From NCBI GenBank assembly GCA_947501605.1, contig CANMWZ010000016.1, positions 27,991 to 91,990 of the forward strand: a stretch of 64,000 nt of DNA, written 5' to 3'. The stretch is from Planctomycetota bacterium (GTDB lineage Bacteria; Planctomycetota; UBA1135; UBA2386). The notes beneath the pieces are model-generated. The model had not been told where the DNA came from, made no database searches, and saw nothing but the letters and a program-made list of their open reading frames with translations. Of the stretch, positions 45,093 through 54,090 are shown one piece after another. How positions within the stretch are numbered: position 1 is the stretch's first letter; the number at the start of each line of letters is the position of its first letter. The position numbers and the translations under genes were made by a program.

Positions 45093-47246
45093 ATGACCTT
45101 CTCAGGCGACCTTTCTGGCATCGGCCTCGGCGATGTCTTCCAGAACCTCGCGGGCAACCGGGCAACCGGCACCTTGCACGTGCGGTGGGACAAAGGCGAA
45201 CGCCACGTGCGCGTCGTTGAGGGCCAGATCGCCGGCTGGGCCCCGGGACCAGGTCGCGAGTTGCCGCTGTTTGATCACGTCGTCGAGCGCGGCTATGCCG
45301 ATCCGGCCGCCGTTGCGCAACTGCAGAACAGTGCACGGAAGCGGCGCAAGCGGGCGGCCCGATTGCTCCGCGACGAGAAGATCTGCGACGCCGACTCTCT
45401 CTACAACGCGTTCCGCGAGATCACGGCGGAGGGTGTCTACGAGTTGCTGACGCTTACGACTGCGACCTTCGCCTTCAGCGAAGGAGAACCGCCGCCGGAT
45501 GTGTTCGACGCTGACCTGCTCGCCGCGGACGTCCGCCTCGCCGTCGGCCCGGTGCTGCTCGAAGGCGCCCGGCGCGGCGACGACTACAAGCGCGTGCGCA
45601 TGGTCGTCGGTAGCGACCAGGACCTGTTCGTCGCCGACGCCCAGGCCGCAGAACGCGCACCGGACGAGCTGACCGCTGCGGTCGCGGCGCTGCTCGACGG
45701 GCGCACCGATGTCGCCGGCATCGCGCGCGCAGTCCAACGGAGCCGGTTCGAAGTCAGCTGTTCGCTGCTCACCTTGGTTCAGCAGGGTCTGGCTCGGCCG
45801 TCGACGGGCGAGGAGATCGCAGCGCTGGCCGAGCAAGCGCTGTCGACCGAGGACCGCGAGGAAGCGATCCGATTGCTCGGACAGGCACTCGTCCGATTGC
45901 CGCGCGAGGCCATGCTGCGCCGCCGTCTCGCCGAGACCCTCGCCGCCGCCGGGCGCAAGCGCGAAGCTGCCGGCGAAATGGCCGTACTGGCGTTCCAGGC
46001 CACCGAAGAGGAGCGCTACGACGACGCCATGTCCCACTACGAGCGCTCCATCGCGCTCGACCCGGCGGACGTCTTGCTCCACCAGCGTCGCTGCGAGGTG
46101 CTGAAGCGCCTTGGCGACAAGCAGGCACTTCGCGACGGGCTCCTGCTTTGGGCCCAGCGCCTCGAGAACCTGGGGCTCGCCGACCGTGCCTGCGAGGTGC
46201 TCTCAGCACATGTCGATGCCGGGCCTCTGCGCAACGACCAGCAACTGTTGCTGCGCACGGCGGAACTCAGCAAGGTCAACGGCAACCTGCCCGGCGCCGC
46301 CGCACGCTACGTGCAGATCGTCGATCTCTTCGGCGGCAACGACACGAATCTCGAGATCCGCTGCCTGCGCGCTGCACTCTCCGCTCAACCCGATGACCCG
46401 GCGATCCAGAAGCGCCTATCCGACATCGAGACCGGCCGCGCCGCCCGCCGTCGGCGTCGTCACCGCTTGATGCTGAGCCTCGGCTCGGCCGCCGCTGTGG
46501 TGATCATGATCGTCGTCGCCGCAGCTCAGGAGATGTCCACCAGTCGCCGCCTCGCCGCAATCCTGCGCGATCGGCCGGCGGACGCACTCGGCACCTCAAC
46601 GCTGCCGGCACTGCGAGAACTCGCAAACGAGCACTCGTGGGTTCCGAGCTGCCAACTCGCGGGGGCGATCGAGGCCGAAGAAGCGATGCGCATGCTGCGC
46701 GCAGCCGAGACCCTTCGCCTGCAGATGCGCGTGCACGACGCCCAGCAGGCCCTCGCGACCGCGCGCGAGTCGCTGCCGACGAAGTCGCAACAGCAGGCCG
46801 ACGATCTGGTGGCACAGCTGCACACCGAGTCGCCGATGTTCACCTGGCTGCAGCGCGTCGAACGCCGCGGCCGCGACGACGGCGAGGCCTGCGAAGCGCT
46901 CGCGCGCGCGACCGATCCGCAGTATCTCGCGTTCCACAACGACCTATTGCCGCATGCGAGTTGCGATGCCACGCGCGAAGTGATGCTGCGCGCGCTGCAA
47001 GTACTGGACGATCCGAGCTGCGCCGATCCGGTGGCACGCGCCTATCTAGTCACTCGCGATCGGGCCGTCGAACGCATGTGCGAGGGACTGATCGACAGCG
47101 CGGCGCGCAAGGAGCCCGAGCGCACGCGCGAGACGCTGGCGACGCTGCTGGAGGATGCCCGCGAACACCCCGAGCGCCGTGCGCGCGCCGTGCGCCTACT
47201 CGAGATCCTCACGGCCCACGCGGCGGCGCCAGCCGGCGGACGCTGA
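45093..47246 (+). CDS. DUF4388(PATAN)-like N-domain + TPR repeats + one TM segment + C-terminal helical domain
   Basis: N-terminus FSGDLSGIGLGDVFQNLAGNRATGTLHV...GQIAGW matches my recollection of the DUF4388 pattern. TPR-like repeats follow, then the TM segment LMLSLGSAAAVVIMIVVAAA. Confidence 0.75.
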   Translation: MTFSGDLSGIGLGDVFQNLAGNRATGTLHVRWDKGERHVRVVEGQIAGWAPGPGRELPLFDHVVERGYADPAAVAQLQNSARKRRKRAARLLRDEKICDADSLYNAFREITAEGVYELLTLTTATFAFSEGEPPPDVFDADLLAADVRLAVGPVLLEGARRGDDYKRVRMVVGSDQDLFVADAQAAERAPDELTAAVAALLDGRTDVAGIARAVQRSRFEVSCSLLTLVQQGLARPSTGEEIAALAEQALSTEDREEAIRLLGQALVRLPREAMLRRRLAETLAAAGRKREAAGEMAVLAFQATEEERYDDAMSHYERSIALDPADVLLHQRRCEVLKRLGDKQALRDGLLLWAQRLENLGLADRACEVLSAHVDAGPLRNDQQLLLRTAELSKVNGNLPGAAARYVQIVDLFGGNDTNLEIRCLRAALSAQPDDPAIQKRLSDIETGRAARRRRRHRLMLSLGSAAAVVIMIVVAAAQEMSTSRRLAAILRDRPADALGTSTLPALRELANEHSWVPSCQLAGAIEAEEAMRMLRAAETLRLQMRVHDAQQALATARESLPTKSQQQADDLVAQLHTESPMFTWLQRVERRGRDDGEACEALARATDPQYLAFHNDLLPHASCDATREVMLRALQVLDDPSCADPVARAYLVTRDRAVERMCEGLIDSAARKEPERTRETLATLLEDAREHPERRARAVRLLEILTAHAAAPAGGR

Positions 47247-47273
47247 GTCGAAGCTCGCCGTTCCTGCGCAGAC

Positions 47274-48323
47274 TCAGGGCTCGCGCACGCCACCGCGAAC
47301 GGGCCCTGCCGTGCGACCGAGCTCCCGCAGCATCGTCTGCTGCGCTTCATCGAGAGTGTCGGGCAGACCGAAGCGAACTACGACGATCAGGTCGCCGCGC
47401 TCGCCAGACGGGCGCACGAGACCCTGGCCGCGCAAGCGCAACCGCGCCCCGGCCCTCGTGCCCGCCGGGATGCGCACAGTGGCAGTGCCGTTCGGCACGC
47501 GCACCGAGGCCTTGGTCCCGTCGAGCGCTTCCCACGGTGCGATGACGAGATCGGCTTCCACGTCCTCGCCACGAAGCCGATGCACGTCGTCGGCCACGAG
47601 GTGGAGCTGGAGCAGCAGATCGCCGGCGGCGCCCGCTCCGGGCTGGCCGAGCCCGCGGAGGCGCAACACTTGCCCATCACGGACCTCGACGGGGATGGAC
47701 AATTCGATCGAGCGCGTCGCCCTGGTGCTGCCAAGGCCGCCGCAGACTGGGCAGGTGCCCATGTCGGCGTGACCTTCGCCCTCGCAGGCTTCGCACGGTT
47801 GGCTCACTTGGAGATCAAAGGTCCGCTTGCCGCCGCGCAACGCTTCACCCACCGACAACTCGAGAGCGGCCTCGACGTCCTGGCCGCGCGACGGCTGTGG
47901 CCGTGCGCGCTGCGTCCGAGAACCCCGGCCGCCGCCGGCGAACATGTCACCGAACATCTGCCCGAAGAAGTCCGAAAAGCCGCCGCCGCCACTTTGACCG
48001 CCACCGCCGACCCCGCCGCCGAACATGCGAGCGAAGTCCTCCTGGCTCATCGTCCGCCCGCCGCCGCCGGGGGGTGCCTGAAAGTCCTGCCCCTGCCGCC
48101 AGTGCTCACCGAGCTGGTCGAAGCGCTTGCGCTTCTCCGGGTCGCTGAGCACCTCGTGCGCTTCGGCGATCTGCTTGAACTTGGTCTCGACCTCGGCGCG
48201 TCGGTGCGGCGGATGCCGGTCGGGATGCCACTCCTTGGCCAGCTTGCGATAGGTGCGCTTGATGTCATCGGGCGACGCATTTCGCGCCACGCCGAGCGTC
48301 TGATAATAGTCTTGGAACTTCAC
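47274..48323 (-). CDS. J-domain co-chaperone (DnaJ/CbpA-like) with a single zinc centre (two CxxCxGxG motifs)
   Basis: DYYQTLGVARNASPDDIKRTYRKLAKEWHPDRH (HPD), a Gly-rich linker, and CEACEGEG...CPVCGGLG. GTG start overlaps the upstream stop (GTGA at 48320-48323). The ORF maximum start is 48383 (TTG). Confidence 0.85.
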   Translation of the reverse strand: MKFQDYYQTLGVARNASPDDIKRTYRKLAKEWHPDRHPPHRRAEVETKFKQIAEAHEVLSDPEKRKRFDQLGEHWRQGQDFQAPPGGGGRTMSQEDFARMFGGGVGGGGQSGGGGFSDFFGQMFGDMFAGGGRGSRTQRARPQPSRGQDVEAALELSVGEALRGGKRTFDLQVSQPCEACEGEGHADMGTCPVCGGLGSTRATRSIELSIPVEVRDGQVLRLRGLGQPGAGAAGDLLLQLHLVADDVHRLRGEDVEADLVIAPWEALDGTKASVRVPNGTATVRIPAGTRAGARLRLRGQGLVRPSGERGDLIVVVRFGLPDTLDEAQQTMLRELGRTAGPVRGGVREP

Positions 48324-49162
48324 GGCTTCTGATAGACCCCGACGATGCAGTGCTCCGGATAGGGCATGCCGAAGAACCGACAAGCGGCGCGCAGCTTCAG
48401 CTCGAGTTCCGACAGGCTGCGGAAGCGAGCAAAGGTCCGGCAGTCATCGAGACGCTCGAACGCGACTTCCTGCATGCCGACACCGAGGAACAACCGACGC
48501 AGACGATCGCGGGTGTTCATCTTGAAACACGTTGGGAACGTGTCCTTCTTGTCGGTGCGCCACAGCCAGTGCTTGATCACGTGGCGTAGACTCATGGGCG
48601 CAAGCCGGGTCAGTAGCGGCATCGGGGCGTAGGCAAACACCGTGTAGATGACGCCCATGCCGCCGGAGGCGAGCGCCCGCTCGACGCCGCGGACGCACGC
48701 TTGCGGATCCGCGATGTGCTCGGCGACCATGCGCAACGTGACGAGGTCGAAGCCCTGCTTGCCGTCCCAATCGTCGATGCCACCGGCGACCTTCTCGTGG
48801 ACGTAGGGGTTCTCCTGCAACGTCGGATCCGGATCGAGCCCGGTGAGCCGCGCCGCGCGCGCGGCCAGGATCTGCGCCAAGGGCCGGTTGCTCGGGCAGA
48901 GTTCGCGTCCACAACCGATGTCGAGCCAGCGCGTCCCGCGCACGACCAGCAGCGACAGCAAGGACTCGTACCAGTCGTCCGGATTGTCGTAGCCGTAGGA
49001 GCGGCGCAGGCGCGGCCCCCAACCGAGCTGGTCCTCGGGCCCATACTTGAGCCGGAAGATCTGCGCCAGAGTCGCAGCGTCGGGCAGCCGGAGCAACGTG
49101 CCGGGGGCGCCGATCCCAGCGCTGCCGTTGGCGACGCCCGCCGTGCGCTGCTCGCCGCTCAT
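48320..49162 (-). CDS. Class I SAM-dependent methyltransferase
   Basis: Motif I WLDIGCG and FDLVTLRMVAEHI. The track ORF (743 aa) is this gene plus open frame antisense to the next two genes. Trimmed to ATG 49162. Confidence 0.75.
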   Translation of the reverse strand: MSGEQRTAGVANGSAGIGAPGTLLRLPDAATLAQIFRLKYGPEDQLGWGPRLRRSYGYDNPDDWYESLLSLLVVRGTRWLDIGCGRELCPSNRPLAQILAARAARLTGLDPDPTLQENPYVHEKVAGGIDDWDGKQGFDLVTLRMVAEHIADPQACVRGVERALASGGMGVIYTVFAYAPMPLLTRLAPMSLRHVIKHWLWRTDKKDTFPTCFKMNTRDRLRRLFLGVGMQEVAFERLDDCRTFARFRSLSELELKLRAACRFFGMPYPEHCIVGVYQKP

Positions 49163-49336
49163 GCGCGCACACCGCGGTAGACGCGGGCCTCTGGGTGACA
49201 GCAGCAAGGGACGCAGCGGACGGAACTCGACATCGCGGCACGCTCTTGTAGCGGCTTTGGGCCATGGCGCCACATCCGGTTGCGGCGCCGGGCAGCCCTT
49301 CCCTCGGACCGCTGGATCCGCGACCATCCCGCCCCG

Positions 49337-49855
49337 ATGAACGAGCGCAAACGCATCGCCCTGATTTCGACCGGTGGCACCATCGAGAAGACCTACGACG
49401 AGCTGGCCGGCGTCATGCAGAACCGGGCCAGCGTGCTCGATGTGGTGTTGGCGACGCTGCAACTCGACGGCGTCGAGATCGTGCGGCTGCCGCTGTTGAA
49501 CAAAGACAGCCTCGAGATGACGCCGCAGGACCACACGTTGATCGCGCGCACCGCCGGGGCAATGGCCGAAACCCACGACGGCGTGGTCATCGTGCATGGC
49601 ACCGACCGACTGGCGCAGACGGGCGAACGCATCTACGAGCTGGTGGCCGACCTGCGGGTTCCTGTGGTCCTGACCGGAGCGATGCGCCCGTACGTGATGC
49701 GCAACACCGACGCGTCGCAGAACTTGACGGAGGCCCTGCTCGCCGTCCAGATCGTGCCCGCCGGGGTCTATGTCGCCATGCACAACAAGGTGCTCCGCTT
49801 CCCCGGCGTGGTGAAGGACCGGGACCGCGGCACCTTCGTCAAGCCATCCGTCTGA
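49337..49855 (+). CDS. Short asparaginase-like protein (N-terminal asparaginase/glutaminase domain only, 172 aa)
   Basis: ISTGGTIEK (TGGTI signature 1) and VIVHGTDRL (HGTD signature 2). The stop falls where type I/II enzymes continue into a C-terminal domain. Confidence 0.75.
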   Translation: MNERKRIALISTGGTIEKTYDELAGVMQNRASVLDVVLATLQLDGVEIVRLPLLNKDSLEMTPQDHTLIARTAGAMAETHDGVVIVHGTDRLAQTGERIYELVADLRVPVVLTGAMRPYVMRNTDASQNLTEALLAVQIVPAGVYVAMHNKVLRFPGVVKDRDRGTFVKPSV

Positions 49856-49990
49856 CCGCACCGGCCACTGCCGCGATCGCCCTTGGCATCGCGGCGAGCG
49901 CATCCGTGCCGGCGGGTCCCACGAAGGCGCCAGTTCCCCGCCCCGTCGATGCCGCGGTAGACTGCGGCGCCGCATCCCCGCAAGAGTCCC

Positions 49991-51061
49991 ATGTCGCATT
50001 TCCTCCTGGCGCTGCCCCTGTTCTCCATTCTGGCAGCGTCCCTGTGCGCCCAGCGCGTCACCGTCACCCTGCCATGCAGCGAGGACGCGACGCTGTACCA
50101 AGACGCCAGCGGTCAGTTGACCAACGATGGCGGCGCGAACATCTTCATCGGCAAGACCGCCTTCAACGACATCCGCCGCTCCTTGCTGAAGTTTGACCTC
50201 AGCGCCATCCCGGCCAACGCCCTGGTGGTCGAGGCCCGCATGCAGGTATCGGTGCTGCAGTCGGTGTTGATCGATCTGGCGCCGACCTCGCTGCATCGTG
50301 TCACTGCGAGCTGGACCGAAGGCACGACCAACGCCGGCAGCCCTGGTGGCCAAGGCACGCAGGCCACCACCGGCGACACGACTTGGATCTACCGCGAGTA
50401 CACCTCCGTGCGTTGGGCGACGCCCGGCGGCGACTTCGACGCGACGCCACTTGCGACCGCTGGCATCAGTTTCAACGGCACATTCTCGATCGGCCCGAGC
50501 GCGGCGATGAATGCCAATGTGCAGGATTGGCTCGCGGGAGCGCCAAACCATGGCTGGCTGCTCCGCACCGACGAGCTAACGATCCAGGATGCACGCCGCC
50601 TCGGCAGTCGTCAGAACAGCAACGCGAGCCTGCGACCACGACTGGTCGTCGTCTATGTGCCGGCAGCGGGCAAAGACGACAAGGGCACTGGCTGCGTCGG
50701 CTCGACCGGCCTGCCCCTGCGGCAGACGATCGCCGGCACGCCGTTGCGAGGCACCACCTGCACGCTGAATGTGACCCAAGGGCCGGCACTGCAGCCGACG
50801 CTCACCATGATCGACTACCGGCTCGCGACGGCCACGGTGCCGCTCGTTCCGGGCTGCAGTTACGAACTCGAAGGGCCGCCGTTCGACAACTTCGGCATCC
50901 GAACCCTCGACGCCAACGGGGCCACCTCGTACTCGCTGCCGATCCCCAACGTGCCCTACTTGCTGGGTTTCAGCTTGGCGTTCCAGAGCGCGGCCCTCGA
51001 TCCCAGCTTCCCACCCAATCAGCTCGTCGCCTCGAACGGTTCGCTCATGGTCATCGGCTGA
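49991..51061 (+). CDS. Secreted protein with an N-terminal DNRLRE-like domain
   Basis: Signal peptide MSHFLLALPLFSILAASLCAQ. EDATLYQD...NIFIGKT...RRSLLKFDLSAIPANALVVEARMQV matches my recollection of the DNRLRE-domain pattern. Confidence 0.7.
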   Translation: MSHFLLALPLFSILAASLCAQRVTVTLPCSEDATLYQDASGQLTNDGGANIFIGKTAFNDIRRSLLKFDLSAIPANALVVEARMQVSVLQSVLIDLAPTSLHRVTASWTEGTTNAGSPGGQGTQATTGDTTWIYREYTSVRWATPGGDFDATPLATAGISFNGTFSIGPSAAMNANVQDWLAGAPNHGWLLRTDELTIQDARRLGSRQNSNASLRPRLVVVYVPAAGKDDKGTGCVGSTGLPLRQTIAGTPLRGTTCTLNVTQGPALQPTLTMIDYRLATATVPLVPGCSYELEGPPFDNFGIRTLDANGATSYSLPIPNVPYLLGFSLAFQSAALDPSFPPNQLVASNGSLMVIG

Positions 51062-51211
51062 GCCTTTGGCGCCGCTCGCGGAGTGGCGCCGAAGTTCGGG
51101 ACCCTGTGGCCAAGGGCTGCGCGTCGTGCGCCGCGAGCCGCGACGCCTCGCGCGTCCAGCGCCGGCGACATCGGTGGCCAACTTCGCAGTCACCCCACTA
51201 GCATCCGCCGG

Positions 51212-52624
51212 ATGCAGATCCGCACGGTCACAGCGGCCTTCGCCGAGATCGCCTGCACGGCGCGAACTCCGTTCCGCTTTGGCACCACGACCGTCGAAGG
51301 TGCACCTCTCCTGCACCTTCGTGTGCGGGTCGAATCCGTCGATGGCCGCAGCGCCGTCGGCGCGGCCGCGGATCTGCTGGTGCCGAAGTGGTTCCACAAA
51401 GACCCCGCGCGGACGGCACTGCAGGACCAGGCCGCACTGCGCGGCAGCGCCGAGGACGCCGCGCGACGCTGCCTTGCGGAGACGCGCCCTCGCAGCGTTT
51501 TTGACTGCTCCTTGGGGATGCACCGAGACCTCGTCCTCGCTCACGCGCCTGCCGCCACCAACCTTCTGGAGCGCGCCTTCGGGCCTTCCTTGGTCGAACG
51601 CGCCCTGATTGACGCCACCTGCCGTCTGGCCAAGAAGAGCTTCTGGTCCGCTCTGCAGAGCGACCTCTTTGGCATCCGCCTTGACACACTGCTGCCGGGC
51701 CTCGGTGAAATCGACGCCCGCGACCTGCTTCCGGCCCGTCCACAGAACTCGATCCTGCTGCGCCACACCGTCGGCATGCTCGATCCCCTGCGCCAGGTCG
51801 ATGCTGGCACCGACGACGACGAGCCGTGCTCGGTCGAGGGCTACCTGCGCCGCCACCGCCCACGATGGCTCAAGGTCAAGGTCGGCCAAGGCCTCGAGGC
51901 CGACTGCGAACGACTGCTCGCGTTGGCATCGCTGTGTCGAACACTCGACGTCGATCCGGGCATCACTCTCGACGGCAACGAGCAATTCGCCTCGATGGAA
52001 GATGTGGTCCGCCTGCTCGAAACCGTTGCCCGCGACCGCCTCGGCGCGCAACTGCTCGGTCGACTCGCGCACATCGAGCAGCCGCTGTCCCGGGCACTTA
52101 CCTTCGATGCAGCCGCCAACCGCGCCATCGACCGCGTCCGCGCGTTCGCACCGCTCGTGCTGGACGAGGCCGATGTGCTGCCGACGTCCTTCGCCGATGC
52201 ACTGCAGCTCGGCTACCGCGGCTGCTCGATCAAGAACTGCAAGGGAGTGTTCCGCGGTCTGGCCAACCAAGCACTCGCGCGCGCTCACGGCGACTCGGCC
52301 TTCGTCTGCGGCGAGGATCTGACCAACCTGCCGCTGCTGTCGCTACAACAGGACCTCGCAACCATGACGACGCTCGGCCTCGCGCACGTCGAGCGCAACG
52401 GACACCACTATTTCCGCGGCCTCGACCACCTACCGCGCGAGGTCGCGACCGCGGCGCTCGCGGCGCATCCGGATCTCTACGCCTCGCGCCCCGACGGCAG
52501 CATCGCCTTGCGAATCGATGATGGCCAACTGCAGTGCGCCTCGTTGCTCGGCATTGGCTACGGCTGCGACCAAGAGCCGTTTGGCGAACTGATGCGCACG
52601 CTGCCATGGCAACCGTTGGACTGA
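51212..52624 (+). CDS. Enolase-superfamily enzyme (mandelate racemase / muconate lactonizing family-like) with an unusually long capping region
   Basis: Barrel motifs occur in canonical order: LKVKVG (KxK), TLDGNEQF (metal Asp), IEQP (metal Glu), LDEAD (third ligand), IKNCK (base Lys). Trimmed to ATG 51212. Confidence 0.75.
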   Translation: MQIRTVTAAFAEIACTARTPFRFGTTTVEGAPLLHLRVRVESVDGRSAVGAAADLLVPKWFHKDPARTALQDQAALRGSAEDAARRCLAETRPRSVFDCSLGMHRDLVLAHAPAATNLLERAFGPSLVERALIDATCRLAKKSFWSALQSDLFGIRLDTLLPGLGEIDARDLLPARPQNSILLRHTVGMLDPLRQVDAGTDDDEPCSVEGYLRRHRPRWLKVKVGQGLEADCERLLALASLCRTLDVDPGITLDGNEQFASMEDVVRLLETVARDRLGAQLLGRLAHIEQPLSRALTFDAAANRAIDRVRAFAPLVLDEADVLPTSFADALQLGYRGCSIKNCKGVFRGLANQALARAHGDSAFVCGEDLTNLPLLSLQQDLATMTTLGLAHVERNGHHYFRGLDHLPREVATAALAAHPDLYASRPDGSIALRIDDGQLQCASLLGIGYGCDQEPFGELMRTLPWQPLD

Positions 52625-52650
52625 CTGCGGGCCACGGTCATGATGACCGC

Positions 52651-54090
52651 ATGCGCTTTCCGCCTCCGGGTCACTTCCGCACCGCAGCGACGTTCCGCGC
52701 CCACTTGCGCGAACTCGGCGTCGACTTCGACTGCGACGACAGCACGGTCGCGCATGGGGCACTCGCGCAGCCGATTCGCGTGGCGGGCAAGACGCTCGAC
52801 AACCGCTTCTGCGCCCACCCCATGGAGGGCTGGGACGGCACCGAAGGCGGCTCGCCGACCGCGCACACACAGCGGCGATGGCGCCACTTCGGCCGCAGCG
52901 GTGCCGCGCTGGTCTGGGGCGGCGAGGCCTTCGCCGTGCAGCAGGACGGCCGTGCGAACAAGAATCAGCTCTGCCTGCACCGCGACAGCGAACGCGACCT
53001 CAGCCTGCTGCTGACGGAACTTCGCGCCGGCCGCCGCGAGATCTCGGCCAGCGACGACGGCGTGCTGATCGGTTTGCAGCTCACGCATTCGGGTCGCTTC
53101 GCGCGACCTCTAGGGCCCTTTGCGCCCAAGATCACGCAGCACCATCCGCTGCTGGCGAAGAAGTACGCCTTGCCCGCCACCACGCCGCTGCTGACCGACA
53201 CGGAGCTCGAAGCGATCGGCGAACAGTTCGTGCGAGCCGCCGTCACCGCCGAACGCGCGGGCTTCGACTTCGTCGACGTGAAGTGCTGCCACGGCTATCT
53301 GCTGCACGAATTGCTCGCCAGCAAGACCCGCAACGGGACCTATGGCGGCCCGGCGCTGGCGTCGCGCATGCGACTGTTCGAACGCATCGTGGCCGGCATC
53401 CGCACAGCCTGCCCGAACTTGCATATCGGCGTGCGGTTGTCGGCAGCCGACGTCGCACCGTACGGCAAGGATGAGAGCACCGGACGCGGCACCGCGTTGA
53501 CAGACCAGGGCATCGACCTCGCCAACCACCACTTCAACTTCTTGCCCGACGCGACGGCCTCGACCCTCGATCTCGACGAGGCCACTGCGTTCCTGCAGCG
53601 GTGCACGGAGCTGTCGATCGAGCTCTGCAACGTGACGCTGGGTTCTCCGTACTGGAACCCGCACCTGCAGCGGCCGGCGGCGTATCCGCCAAGCGACGGC
53701 TACTTGCCGCCGCTCGACCCGCTGCACTGCGTCGCCACGCATTTGCGGGTAACGCGGCAACTGACGCAGTCGGTGAAGGGCATGGCCTTTGTCGGCACGG
53801 GCTACACCTATCTGCAAGAGTGGCTGCCGCACGTAGCGCAGCGTGCCGTTGCGAACGGTGAGGTCACCTTCGTCGGCATCGGCCGCATGTTGCTCAGCTA
53901 CCCCGAGCTGCCAGCCGACGTCATCGCCGGTCGAGCGCTGCAGCAAAAGCGCCTCTGCCGCACCTTTTCCGACTGCACGACCGCACCGCGCAATGGCATG
54001 GTGTCGGGCTGCTTTCCGCTCGATCCGTACTACAGGGCGCTGCCGGAAGCAGACCACCTGAAGCAACGGAAGAGGGACCAAGGCACGTGA
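52651..54090 (+). CDS. Old-Yellow-Enzyme-family NAD(P)H:flavin oxidoreductase
   Basis: LDNRFCAHPMEG, LQLTHSGRFA, FDFVDVKCCHGYLLHELLASKTRNGTYGG, FVGIGRM. Start at ATG 52651 by the third-position GC shift (alternative 52606). Confidence 0.85.
   Translation: MRFPPPGHFRTAATFRAHLRELGVDFDCDDSTVAHGALAQPIRVAGKTLDNRFCAHPMEGWDGTEGGSPTAHTQRRWRHFGRSGAALVWGGEAFAVQQDGRANKNQLCLHRDSERDLSLLLTELRAGRREISASDDGVLIGLQLTHSGRFARPLGPFAPKITQHHPLLAKKYALPATTPLLTDTELEAIGEQFVRAAVTAERAGFDFVDVKCCHGYLLHELLASKTRNGTYGGPALASRMRLFERIVAGIRTACPNLHIGVRLSAADVAPYGKDESTGRGTALTDQGIDLANHHFNFLPDATASTLDLDEATAFLQRCTELSIELCNVTLGSPYWNPHLQRPAAYPPSDGYLPPLDPLHCVATHLRVTRQLTQSVKGMAFVGTGYTYLQEWLPHVAQRAVANGEVTFVGIGRMLLSYPELPADVIAGRALQQKRLCRTFSDCTTAPRNGMVSGCFPLDPYYRALPEADHLKQRKRDQGT

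Noticed and set aside
49163-50551. The upstream 460 codons of the 743-aa minus-strand ORF 48320..50551
   Set aside because: The methyltransferase motifs all lie after the internal ATG at 49162. The remainder is antisense to the asparaginase-like and DNRLRE-like genes, both of which have clear motifs, so it is a shadow frame.
50576-52288. The 570-aa minus-strand ORF antisense to the enolase-superfamily gene. Similar long antisense ORFs occur at 53110..54102, 55944..57377, 59108..60532, 62385..63698, 28638..29735, 23800..24924, 21278..22243, 40869..41750, 43777..44808 and 45102..46082.
   Set aside because: Each lies opposite a gene with recognisable family motifs and shows Arg/Ala/Gly/Val/Asp-rich composition with no motifs. 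This is the expected artefact of high GC. I see no evidence for overlapping antisense genes.
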